Shown here: piece by piece, positions 1-10,637 of the stretch
Layout: every line of letters starts with the position of its first letter
Position numbering within the stretch: the stretch's first letter is position 1
Assembly (NCBI GenBank): GCA_963813715.1
Contig: CAWFAK010000008.1
Span: 160,001 to 224,000, forward strand
Direction of reading: 5' to 3'
From: an uncultured Planctomycetaceae bacterium
GTDB lineage: Bacteria > Planctomycetota > Planctomycetia > Planctomycetales > Planctomycetaceae
DNA: 64,000 nucleotides
The notes under the pieces: model-generated
Seen by the model: only the letters and a program-made list of their open reading frames with translations
Databases searched by the model: none
Told to the model about the DNA's origin: nothing
Made by a program: the position numbers and the translations under genes

Positions 1-214
1 GTTGTGGAAATTGGACGGCAAACGGTCTGGGTCGCCACAATTGCCTCGCCTCAAGCGCGCCACCCCGCGCCAGCGAGACAAACAAGCGATCGTAACCGGG
101 CGCGGGTCCTCGAAACCGGTCTTGCGTGAAAACCAATCGTGACCATAATTTGCGTCCCCTCCCCGTTCGATTTCGCTGCGGCATTTTGCATTTGAGCTTT
201 CGGGATACGCACGG

Positions 215-1153
215 ATGTGGTGCCCCACTTGTAAGGCGGAAGTCGCTGCCGAGGTTGCGGCCGACAACCGCCGCGTGCGCTGCGCTACGTGCGGTAGCGA
301 GATCCCGGTGCCGGCTGGTTTTAACGGCCTGGCAAAAACTCGCGAGGCCCGCGAGCTTCTCGATCGTTGGGCCTCCGAGCGGCAGACCGAACCCACGCCC
401 GCCCGCTCTTCTGCCGGCCGAGTTGTTACCGGCGCGAGCCGATCGCCTGTCGGTGGTATTGGGAACAGTGGCGGAGGTGTGAATCTCGAGGCCGACACAG
501 CCTATGGCTCCGGCCGGGCCGACGACGTCGTGCCGGTTCGGCCCGAACATTCTCAGCAAGAAACACCGGGCGCTTCGCGACGATTCGACACGGCCCAAAC
601 GCTTGCCGGTCCGACCGGAGCCGAACCCGTGCGCGGGTCCGGAACGGGGTATTCGACGTCAGGCGGATCGAGCCCCCGCGCGATCCCGCGAGTCGAAAGC
701 AATCGGGTCCATCGCGTCCACGGATCCGACTTCAACGGTCCTAACTTCGACATCCAAGGCAGCCTGCTCGAAACCGATCGCCGCAAGACGAATTGGACTT
801 ATGTTCTGGGCCAGTTGCTGGCCTACTCGGGCGTCGCCCTGCTGACCGTCGGCAGCACGCTCGTCCTGTGGGGATACTTCGGTGGACCGGCTAGCTATGC
901 CCCCACCGGATGGCTGACCACGATGGCTGGCCAGATGATCCTGATCCTCGGCGTGGTCACACTCGTTTCCGGCGGCATGGAGCAGACGAACGAAGACGTG
1001 CGCGTCCGCATCGAACGGCTGGGCGAGCGCATGATCCGAATCGAGCAACTTGCTCGCGACCACGCCCTCCGTGGCCCGAATAACGCTGCCGACTATTCCC
1101 GCGCGTCGGGGCCGGATGCTGGCTCTCGGCAAGAGTCCGAACTGCGCCGCTAG
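215..1153 (+). CDS. Hypothetical membrane protein with N-terminal zinc ribbon
   Basis: CPTC...CATC at the N-terminus, long low-complexity linker, two hydrophobic helices near the C-terminus. Confidence 0.7.
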   Translation: MWCPTCKAEVAAEVAADNRRVRCATCGSEIPVPAGFNGLAKTREARELLDRWASERQTEPTPARSSAGRVVTGASRSPVGGIGNSGGGVNLEADTAYGSGRADDVVPVRPEHSQQETPGASRRFDTAQTLAGPTGAEPVRGSGTGYSTSGGSSPRAIPRVESNRVHRVHGSDFNGPNFDIQGSLLETDRRKTNWTYVLGQLLAYSGVALLTVGSTLVLWGYFGGPASYAPTGWLTTMAGQMILILGVVTLVSGGMEQTNEDVRVRIERLGERMIRIEQLARDHALRGPNNAADYSRASGPDAGSRQESELRR

Positions 1154-1198
1154 AGCGGCTTGGACTCGGTCACGCGTTGCGGGAAACTATCTCTCATC

Positions 1199-2642
1199 AT
1201 GTCCGATCGTCCGTCCGTTGTTTGGTTCCGCTGCGATCTTCGCCTGGCCGACAACCCCGCCCTGACGGCCGCCGTCGCGGCGGGGCGGACCGGTCATCCC
1301 GCTCTTCATTTGGTCACCAGACGAAGAAGGGACATGGCTGCCCGGTGCGGCCAGTCGCTGGTGGTTGCACCAGTCGCTCGTGGCCATCGAACGCGAGCTT
1401 CGCCAGCACGAGTCGCGGTTAATCATCGGTCGCGGTGCGGCGCTCGAGGCATTGCAACATGTCGTCCGCTCGACAAAAGCCGCCGCTGTATATTGGAATC
1501 GCCGCTACGAGCCCGCACTCGTCAAGCGCGATCGTCAGGTCGAAGAGGCGCTTTCCAAGGCCGGCACGCCAGTCGAAACATTTCCGGGCAATCTGCTCTT
1601 CGAGCCCGCGGACGTGCTCACAAAGGAACGCAAGCCGTATCGCGTTTTCACTCCTTTCTGGAATGCGTGCCGCGCTCTGGGCGAACCGAGCGCGCCACTT
1701 GCCGTACCGCGGCGCTGGCTTTCGTCGTCCCGCTGGCCGAAATCGCTCGGCATCGACGCGCTGGAACTCGAACCCAAGCTCGACTGGGCCGCCGCATTTC
1801 GCGATGTTTGGACGCCGGGCGAGCGCGGTGCCAGCCGCCAACTGTCGCGGTTTCGCGACGAGGCGCTCGCCGAATACGTCCGTGGCCGCGATCGACCCGA
1901 CACCATCGGCACGTCGCGGTTATCACCCCATTTGCACTTCGGCGAAATCACGCCGCGGCAAGTGTGGCATGCGCCTCAACGACGATAACCGCAAAAAGGC
2001 CCCGTTTTCCGCCGCCCCGCGAGCCAAATTCCTGGCTGAGCTCGGATGGCGCGAATTCGCACACCACGTGCTTTATCACTTTCCCCACACCAGCGATCAA
2101 CCACTGCGGGAAGAATTCAAGCGATTTCCCTGGCGGCGCGACGCACGGCGCTCAAGGCCTGGCAGTGTGGGCAAACGGGCTTCCCCATCGTCGATGCCGG
2201 AATGCGCGAACTGTGGACCACGGGTTGGATGCACAATCGCGTGCGAATGATCGTCACCTCGTTCCTGACCAAAGACTTGCTGATCCCCTGGCGCGAGGGC
2301 GCCAAGTGGTTTTGGGACACGCTGGTCGACGCCGACCTCGCCAACAATACGCTCGGTTGGCAATGGACGGCCGGCTGCGGTGCCGACGCGGCCCCCTTCT
2401 TCCGCATCTTCAATCCGGTTTTGCAGGCACGGAAATTCGACCCCGAAGGATCGTACGTCCGCAGCTGGGTGCCGGAACTCGCGGCTCTGCCGCTCAAATA
2501 CCTGCACGAACCGCACAAGGCGCCGCCGGACATGCTGGCGGCAGCGGGTGTACGATTGGGCGAGAATTATCCGCGACCTATCGTCAGCCACGCCGATTCG
2601 CGCGCCGCAGCCCTCGCTGCCTTTCGCTCACTTCGCGGCTGA
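1199..2642 (+). CDS. phrB: Deoxyribodipyrimidine photolyase (frameshifted)
   Basis: VVWFRCDLRLADNPAL at the start, TSRLSPHLHFGEI, GQTGFPIVDAGMRELWTTGWMHNRVRM and FRIFNP, spread over several frames. Confidence 0.9.
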
Positions 2643-2660
2643 GCGAACGCCTGCCGCACT

Positions 2661-4062
2661 TTATTGACGTGCCCGGCCAGGACGCTGCCAAGTCTCGCCG
2701 CGCTTGTAGCGATTGGCCCGCTCGACGACCACCGGGTCCTTGCTCGTCGCGATCACCTTGTCGAGCGCCTTGTCGACCTCCGCTTTTTTCGGATCGCGGA
2801 CTTCGCGGTGGTGTGCAATTTCGACGATCGTTTCGCAGGCGAGCTGGGCAAACTCGGGTTGGTCAACGTAAGGCAGGACGAACCGCACCGAATCGACGGC
2901 GTACGCCGTGCGGATGCGGTTGATCACGAGCGAAACTTCTTCCGGCGTTCTTGGCGATTTTCATCGCTTGTTTCAGTCGCTCGAGTCGTTCCTTGTCGGA
3001 GCGATTGTCCCGCGCGGCCGCCACCTTTACAAAACCACGGAAGGCCTGGGCCCGCTCGGCCGGGTCGCCGGCTTTTGTCGCGATCGTGGAAAGCGTGTCG
3101 GCGACGCTCGCGTCCGGCCATTTGCTGAGGGCGTCGATGCCGAGTTGCCGACGACCCGCGTCCTCGCCTGTGGCAATCGCAGCCACGAATTCGATCAGCT
3201 TCTTGCCACCGACGCGCCCGAGGAGCGACAACAGTTGGTCACGCTGCCCGGCGTCAACTGTGCTCAGTGCCTCGATCAGAGCCGCGCCACGCTGGTCCGG
3301 GCTTTCGATACGCTCGCAAACCTGGGCGACGTCCTTTTCGGCAGCGTCACGCTCGTAGCCTTTGCGGGCCTTCAGGACGCCCGGCAACATCTTTGCGATT
3401 TGGTCCGGATGGCCGAGCTGACCGAGTGCGGCCATCGCGGCGCGCCGCACGCGGACATTATCGTCGAGCGTCGCGCCGAGGAGCGCCGGCACCTGGTCGC
3501 TCGCCCGCCGCGTCGCGAGCACATCGATCAGCGCGCCGTGAACGTCCGAGGATGCCGACAGCAGATCGCCCGCCAACGTCTGATTGATCGAGTCGACCGG
3601 GATTTCGATGAGACTCCGGCGGGCTGCCGCTTGTTCGGCATTGGTCGGTGCCGCCAGCGACTTGACGAGCAAGGGGACATCTTCGGGAGTGCCCAGTTTA
3701 CCGAGCGACAGGAGGGCCGCGGCCCGCACGTTTTCATCCGTGGTTGCAGCGAGCAGGTTGAGAACACCCGTTCGCGCGGCACGATCGCCTCGATCGGCCA
3801 GGGCATCCAGCAGAGCGATTTGTCCGCCGGCGTCGAGCTTTGGGAACTGCGCGACAAAAAGTTCCGTGAGAGCCGGGCCGCGAGCCGCGGTCCGCACCTG
3901 CTCGAGTCCGGCCGCGCGGAATTCCTTGTCGTGCTCGCCGATGAGCTTGACGATGGTCTGGACGAACTCGTCCGTTTGGGTATCGGCCGCGCTGGCGACC
4001 GCCGTCGCAAAGACGAACGCCAGCCCCAGAACCAAGCCACCGCGCCAGAATCGCAGCGCCAT
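2661..4062 (-). CDS. Secreted HEAT-repeat protein (frameshift near 2930)
   Basis: Signal peptide, repeated VRAAALLSLGKLG / VRRAAMAALGQLG motifs; C-terminus continues in ORF 2661..2927. Confidence 0.75.
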
Positions 4063-4131
4063 CGTGCCATCTCCCGAAGAAACTACTGAGTTGAACGAGT
4101 GAACCGCGGATTGCGGATTAAGGCCCAGCCT

Positions 4132-4830
4132 CTAGGCCCGAGCACAGGCCAGCAGGCCGCGCGTCGCCGCCAGGCGGACCAGGCGCGGCTGTTGCTCGCC
4201 CGCCAGAGACTGATAAATCGCCTTCGCTTCCGCGTGCTTGTCGGCGGCTAGGAGGGCCTCGGCACAGGCCAGGAGTCCGTCGATCACAACCTGCTTGTCG
4301 CCGTTCGCCGACGGTAACGCCGCCTGTAGGACCGCTGCCGACTCGGCCGTGCCGATCGTTCCGAGCGCGAGCGCGGCGGCTCGGGCGACGGCCGGATCGT
4401 CCGTCTGCAGCAATTTGCCCAGCGGGGCGACGGCGGCCGCATCGCGCCGCGAGCCAAGCGAGCTGATCACGCCGATCTTCTGGCTACCGCTCACCGTGCC
4501 GAGCGCCTCCCGCAGCGCGGCTCCCGCCTCGGGGACATTGATCCGCTCGAGCGCGTAACGGGCCATGTGCGACTGCTCTTTGTTGCCGAGTTGCCCGGCC
4601 AGCGATGGCACCGAGGCGACCGTGCCAACGATCATCAGCTTGCGGCACACGTAATCGTGGGCGTCGCGCGAAAGGCTTTCCTTTAGGGCGGCGAGCAGGC
4701 GATTCTCCAGATCCTGGCTGACGGCAGGGTCGCCATGCGCGGCAACGGCCGCGTCGTCGATCGGCGACAACACCGATAGGTCGGTCCCCCAGTCGAACTT
4801 TTTCAGGGCTTCAAAAGCGTCGGCCAGCAT
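4132..4830 (-). CDS. HEAT-repeat protein
   Basis: SHMARYALERI and VARAAALALGTIG HEAT-like motifs; likely start MLADAFEAL. Confidence 0.75.
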   Translation of the reverse strand: MLADAFEALKKFDWGTDLSVLSPIDDAAVAAHGDPAVSQDLENRLLAALKESLSRDAHDYVCRKLMIVGTVASVPSLAGQLGNKEQSHMARYALERINVPEAGAALREALGTVSGSQKIGVISSLGSRRDAAAVAPLGKLLQTDDPAVARAAALALGTIGTAESAAVLQAALPSANGDKQVVIDGLLACAEALLAADKHAEAKAIYQSLAGEQQPRLVRLAATRGLLACARA

Positions 4831-4923
4831 GGTTCGCGTCCTGATTGGCGGGCTTTTGTTCGGATGCGATGCGGCGCGTGGCAAGGCGAAGCGGGCGACC
4901 CTCGCCGAGTGGTCATTGCCGGA

Positions 4924-6157
4924 TTACAACTGCCACGGCTCGCGGCGAGCGCGATCGATGAAACGGTTGGCTTCGGCATCGCCGGGAAACTCCTGCCGGG
5001 CAGCATCCCACTTGAGCGAGCGCTTTGAGCTGGTAAGCAATATTTCCCAGGTGCGACACGACCGCGGTGTTGGCCGCCAGCTCGATATCGCGGAAGGGCT
5101 TCTCGCGGGTTTTGACGCAATAAATGAAGTCGGCACCGATATTGTCGCCGCCTTTGTAGGTGGGCACCGGCTTGGGCGGCAGTTTTTGCCCGGGCGTCCC
5201 TTCGATCTGCATGTTCTGCGCGTGTGGCCGGTTGTGCGTCAGGACCAGGCCGTTCGGATATTTGTATTCGAGGAAATGGCCCTCTTTGTCGTCGTGATAA
5301 ATCACTTCCTCGGGCTGCAACTCGCGAACGTCGCAGATGAAGGTCGCCCCGCCGAAGTGATGGGCTCCCCAGTCGGTCATGCCGCCGCCCGAATAGTCGC
5401 TGAACGAGCGCCAGCTCGCGCCGTTGATCGAATAGCTGCCGCTGCAACGCTTCGAGTTGTACGGCCCCCACGGCGCGGGGCCGAGCCACATGTCCCAGTC
5501 GATCTTCTCGGTCATTTCTTCGGGTGGCAGATTGCACAGTTTGGGAAGCGGCCCGACGTTGACGTTGATCGACTTGATCTTCCCGAACTCGCCCGCCCAG
5601 GCCGGATCGACCTGCTTGCGATAATCTTCGAGCACGCGCTGGCTACCGCCGGAGACGACGCGTCCGTACCGCCGGGCGGCGGCGATCATCAGCGGCCCCT
5701 CCCGCAGGGTGAGCGTTTCGGGCTTTTGGCAGAAGACGTCTTTCCCGTTGCGGCAGGCTTCGATGGTGATGATCGCGTGCCAGTGATCGGGCGTGGCGAT
5801 GTGCACCGCGTCGATATCGGGCCGCGCCAGCAACTCGCGGAAATCGTTGTAGGTCTTGCAGTCGTGATTCCGGTAATGGCCGTCGATCGTCGCCTTTGAC
5901 CGCGTGCGGACCTCTTCGCGAACGTCGCACATCGCCACGTACTGCACGTCTTTGCGATTGAGGTAGCCCCACTGATCACCGCGGCCCATGTTGCCGATGC
6001 CGATCCCGCCCATCACGATGCGATCGCTCGCCGCCGGCCGTTCACTGTTGCCCAGCGCAGAGGAGGTGATGATGAACGGCACACCGAACGCGGCTCCCGC
6101 GCCGGCACCGGCCGTCTTCAAGAATTCACGACGAGTGGGTCGCTTCTTCTGGCTCAT
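4924..6157 (-). CDS. Tat-exported Gfo/Idh/MocA family oxidoreductase (frameshift near 5020)
   Basis: RREFLK twin-arginine signal, GIGIGNMG, ATPDHWH, CQKP, DWGAHH; C-terminal WD...F.GD.EAN..I.R..R.PW in another frame. Confidence 0.88.
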
Positions 6158-6489
6158 GGATATTCCTGTTTTGAAGGACGGCGGAAAGGCAGGGTCCGGA
6201 GGCCGGCATCGCGGGGGATTGACGACAGTTTAGCTCGACGGCTCACGAGTTGTCACCAGATCGGGGCCACCAAGGAATCAATCGCGACCGCGATGTGAGC
6301 GACTGAATCCTCGCGCGGTGTCTGCATCATCGATCCGAAGCTCGCTGCAAGCGGATTTGACCGAGATCGGCATTTGTCCGACAATCGCGGCGGAAACGGC
6401 GGTCGCGCCGCTTCTGATGACGAAGGCCCAACCCGAATCGCGTTCTTCCTACCCCGGTGAGCCTCCAGCAACTTTCCGCCGAAGAATCC

Positions 6490-7940
6490 ATGCGTCCCCT
6501 ATTCCTGAAAACGCGGCCCGTCCAACCCATCCGGTGGCTGCTGGCAATCGGAATTATCTTGCTGCCCGGTTGGCAGGTCCGAGGAGCCGAGGATCCCGGA
6601 CGGCCGAACATCGTGCTGATCCTGGCGGACGACCTGGGCTACGGCGATCTCGGTTGCTACGGCCAAAAGCAAATCGCGACGCCGAATATCGATCGCCTGG
6701 CGGCCGAAGGTCGACGATTTACGCAGTTTTACGCCGGCTGCACGGTGTGTGCTCCGTCGCGTTGCGTGCTGATGACCGGGCTGAATACCGGACACTGTTA
6801 TATTCGCGGCAATTCCAACCACAGCCTGCGAGGCAGCGACGTCACGGTGGCCCAAGTGCTCAAGCGGGCCGGCTACGCAACGGGCCTGTTCGGCAAGTGG
6901 GGGCTCGGTCAGGAGGGCAGCGACGGCGTGCCGACGCGTCAGGGTTTCGGGCGGTTCTTCGGCTATCTCGACCAGGTGCACGCGCACAATTACTTTCCCG
7001 CCTTCCTGATTTCCGACGAATCGCGAGAGCCGCTGCAGAACGTCGTCCCCGGACGGGGCCTCTACGGTTCGGGAGTGGCGTGCAAAAAGGTGCAATACAG
7101 TGCCGACCTGATCCGCGATCGGGCGCTGGCGTTTCTCGACGAGCACAAGTCCGGCCCGTTCTTTCTCGAGTTCGCATCGACTCTGCCGCACGCCAACAAC
7201 GAATCGCGCCCGAACGGGATGGAGATCCTGGATTATGGGCCTTATCGCAACAAGGATTGGCCCGATCCGGAAAAAGGTCAGGCCGCGATGATCAGTCGGC
7301 TCGACTCGGACGTGGGGCGGATTCTGGCCCGGCTGCACGAGCAGGGCCTCGACGACCGCACGATTGTGCTCTTCACCTCGGACAATGGCGGGCACAAAGA
7401 AGGTGGGCACGATCCGCGGTTCCTCAACGATATGGGCCCGCTGCGGGGGCACAAGCGGGATCTCTACGAAGGGGGCATCCGCGTGCCGCTCGTGGTCCGT
7501 TGGCCCGGCCATACCCCGGCGGGAACCGAGTCTTCGCACGTCGGCTATTTCGGTGACTTTTTCGCGACGGCGGCGGCGCTCGCCGGCGTGACTCCACCGA
7601 CAGGGCTCGACAGCGTGAGCTTCTTGCCGTCGCTCGATGCCACCGTGGGCAAGCAGTTGGAGCACGACTCTCTGTACTGGGAGTTTCACGAGCAAGGCTC
7701 GGCCCAAGCCGTGAGAATGGGGAATTGGAAGGGCGTGATTCGGCCATTGGGTTCGGGGCACGTCGAGTTGTATGATCTGACGACCGATCTGGGCGAGATG
7801 CGCGACGTCGCCGCCCAGCACCCGGAAATCGTCGAGCAAATCGTGTCAATCGCCAAGAGGCGCACACGCCGTCGCCGCTGTGGCCGGATGCCGATCCCAA
7901 GGCCAAGCCGCAGCGAACGGCGCGAACAAGGAGTTCGTGA
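6490..7940 (+). CDS. Arylsulfatase (formylglycine-dependent; frameshift near 7858)
   Basis: PNIVLILADDLGYGD, CAPSR (CxPxR), GKWGLG, FTSDNG, YEGGIRVP; last codons AHTPSPLWP...SS* in a shifted frame. Confidence 0.92.
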
Positions 7941-9448
7941 CATGGCGTTCAAGCAGCGCGAAGAGGGGCCGAAAAGCGCCCCCGCCTCCGGCCCGACCGG
8001 CCGCATCGACCGAGGAAAAGTCGGCCAAGAACGCTGCCGCTTCGAAATCGATGCCCGAGCGGCTGATGTCGTTGGACGCATTCCGCGGCTTCACGATGCT
8101 GCTGATGGTCTCGGACGGGTGGGCCATCTCCAATCTCGTCAAACACCATTCGGACATCCTCACTCGGTACGACGGGCATTGGTACGGCAAGCCCTGGAAG
8201 ATGTTCTGGAATACGGCCGCCTGGCAACTCCAGCATGTGGAATGGACGGGCTGCGTCGCCTGGGACCTGATCCAGCCCTGCTTCATGTTCATGGTCGGCG
8301 TGGCGATGCCGTTTTCGTTCGCCAAACGCGAGTCCCGCGGCGATTCCTGGGGGCTGCAGTTCCGGCACGCCCTGATCCGCTCACTGATTCTGATTGGGCT
8401 GGGAATTTTCCTGCGATCGACCAATTCGAACATGACGTACTTCACGTTCGAGGACGTGCTCACGCAGATCGGGCTGGGCTACATCTTCGTGTTCATCCTG
8501 CTCCGGGCCCCCTTCGTCGCCCAGTGCGTTGCCGTGCTCGTGATCTTGGGAGGTTATTGGTTCTGCTTCTACCACTATCCGCTGCCCGCCGAGGGGAATC
8601 TCGTCACGAAGTACCTCATGGAACACGGGGCGAAACCGGACGAGTGGAATCAGTTCACGAACGCGGGCCTCAAGCCCGATCACATCGCCGAGCACTGGAA
8701 CAAACACACCAACGCGGCGGCCGCCGCCGATCGCGTCTTTCTCAACTGGTTTCCCCGATCGCGCGAGCCCTGGAACGGGAAGAAATTCTGGGTGAACAGC
8801 GGCGGTTATCAAACGCTCAACTTCATTCCCTCGATCGTGACAATGTTGTTCGGCGTGATGGCCGGGCAGCTTTTGCGCGGCCCATGGACGGCGCGAAAAA
8901 AGCTCGGCACGCTGATGGCGGCTGGGCTGGGTTGTTTCGTCGTCGCGATGGCGATCGACACCACGATCTGGCCTTTTCACGTCGGCCGGCTCAACTATTC
9001 GCTGTGCCCGATCGTGAAGCGGATCTGGTCGCCCTCGTGGGCCGTGTTCAGTGCGGGTTGGGCGTTCTGGTTTTTGGGGCTCTTTTATTGGGTCGTCGAC
9101 ATGCGGGGACACCGCCGACTGGCCTTCCCGCTGGCGATCATCGGCATGAATTCGATCCTGGTCTATTGCCTGGATCATCTCTCCGGGCACTGGCTCTCGG
9201 ACATGCTGCGAATTCACCTGGCAACGTTCGACCAGGGCGTCCACGGACTGATCGTCAAGCTGAGCAACTGGCTGCCCGCCGTTGGCCGATGGTCGTTCGT
9301 CCGCTGGATGGGCCATGCCTCGCTCTCCGACGTTTTCTACGGCCGAGAGAGCGTCTTCACGCCGATTTGGCACGAATTCGCAATCCTGCTGCTCATCTGG
9401 CTGATCTGCCTGTGGCTGTACCGCCGTCGCATCTTCGTTCGCATTTAA
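7937..9448 (+). CDS. HGSNAT/DUF5009-like membrane acyltransferase
   Basis: RLMSLDAFRG, WDLIQPCFMFMVGVAMPFS, PIVKRIWSPSW, GMNSILVY; many TM segments; GTG start overlaps the sulfatase stop. Confidence 0.82.
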   Translation: MTWRSSSAKRGRKAPPPPARPAASTEEKSAKNAAASKSMPERLMSLDAFRGFTMLLMVSDGWAISNLVKHHSDILTRYDGHWYGKPWKMFWNTAAWQLQHVEWTGCVAWDLIQPCFMFMVGVAMPFSFAKRESRGDSWGLQFRHALIRSLILIGLGIFLRSTNSNMTYFTFEDVLTQIGLGYIFVFILLRAPFVAQCVAVLVILGGYWFCFYHYPLPAEGNLVTKYLMEHGAKPDEWNQFTNAGLKPDHIAEHWNKHTNAAAAADRVFLNWFPRSREPWNGKKFWVNSGGYQTLNFIPSIVTMLFGVMAGQLLRGPWTARKKLGTLMAAGLGCFVVAMAIDTTIWPFHVGRLNYSLCPIVKRIWSPSWAVFSAGWAFWFLGLFYWVVDMRGHRRLAFPLAIIGMNSILVYCLDHLSGHWLSDMLRIHLATFDQGVHGLIVKLSNWLPAVGRWSFVRWMGHASLSDVFYGRESVFTPIWHEFAILLLIWLICLWLYRRRIFVRI

Positions 9449-9634
9449 CGGCGCTTTAATCGAAGACGCCGGCCAGGATCGCAGGTTCCTTCCAAAGCGG
9501 TCGCAGCAGATGCTCCTTTTGTAGCGACCTTTCCGCGATTGGCTTCTCGCTCCCGTCAGCAGGCGCAAATGCTGGCCGCTTGGTGCGGCGACGTGACCTA
9601 CATTTGGCTGGTCACGTTTGCGGGAGAAAAGGCC

Positions 9635-10360
9635 GTGCGGAAAGATCGTGAACGAGTCACGCGTGCATTGGATTGCCTTTCGACCGGCTTGGCGCCCTAC
9701 GTCGAACGGTCGCTGGTCGACGTGTATCACGGAGACTGGCGGAACGTCGCGCAACAGAGTTTTCGCGACGACCGGGGCACAGGCAAAGCCGGACCCGACA
9801 TGCGCTGGGATGCCCACGCACTGTTGACAGTGATGTGGGACCAATGGAACCGCGTCTTTCGCGGCCGTCTCGACCACGCCGAACGCAGCCTGGTGAGCGA
9901 GCTCCGCGAATATCGCAACCGCTGGGCGCATCAGACCGATTTCGATTTCGACGACACGTATCGCATTCTCGATAGCACCGAGCGCTTGCTGAAAGCCATC
10001 CAATCGGAAGAGGGGGCAACCGTTTCCCGCGAGAAATCGGAGCTCTTGCGGGCTCACTACAGCAACGAAGCCCGCGCCGCATATCGCAAGGCCCAGATTC
10101 GTCGTCGGCAATGGCACGATCTGATTATTTACGGAGTGTGCGGAGCGTCGCTGGTCTTCGTGATGCTGACACTGCTGGGCGCGCACTACTGGTACATGTC
10201 GCTCTTTATCGTGCTGATTTTTTCCTATCTTGCCTACAGCCGCGCGTCTGCGCCGGCGCCGTTCTTCTCGGGCCCGCACGAGTGCATGGAGTGCGGAAAG
10301 GTCATTTATGGAGACAATTGTCCCTATTGCTCCCAAAACGAAGAAGCCGTCGCCGGTTAA
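9635..10360 (+). CDS. Swt1-like HEPN domain protein with 2 TM helices and C-terminal zinc ribbon
   Basis: GLAPYVE...WDAHALL.VM...WN.VF...L...ERSLVSELREYRNRWAHQ..F..DD.YR.LD..ERLL.AI; two hydrophobic helices; CMEC...CPYC; GGAGA before GTG at 9635. Confidence 0.8.
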   Translation: MRKDRERVTRALDCLSTGLAPYVERSLVDVYHGDWRNVAQQSFRDDRGTGKAGPDMRWDAHALLTVMWDQWNRVFRGRLDHAERSLVSELREYRNRWAHQTDFDFDDTYRILDSTERLLKAIQSEEGATVSREKSELLRAHYSNEARAAYRKAQIRRRQWHDLIIYGVCGASLVFVMLTLLGAHYWYMSLFIVLIFSYLAYSRASAPAPFFSGPHECMECGKVIYGDNCPYCSQNEEAVAG

Positions 10361-10637
10361 GTGCAAATTTCGAGCTTTTTGGACTGCAAATTGCGGGCTT
10401 TGGGTGACATGGAGGCAACTGTACAAGTCGTTAGAGTGACCTTAAATCTCCAAGCCCTCTCAAACTTGCTATCATTCATAAATAAGCGTAAGTTCGTGCC
10501 CGCTTGTGGGCCGAACCGGCGTTGACCGCTCTGGACATTCGGAATAAGTAGCCGTTCCCCCGCGGAGTTCCGCGGAAAGGTGTCGCATCAAGCCTGATTG
10601 ATTCGCTGCAGATCAGAGGACTAGAGGAAGCGGGTTC

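Noticed and set aside
6457..9459. 1000-aa sulfatase fusion ORF
   Set aside because: Frameshift artefact; the second half overlaps the real acyltransferase in another frame
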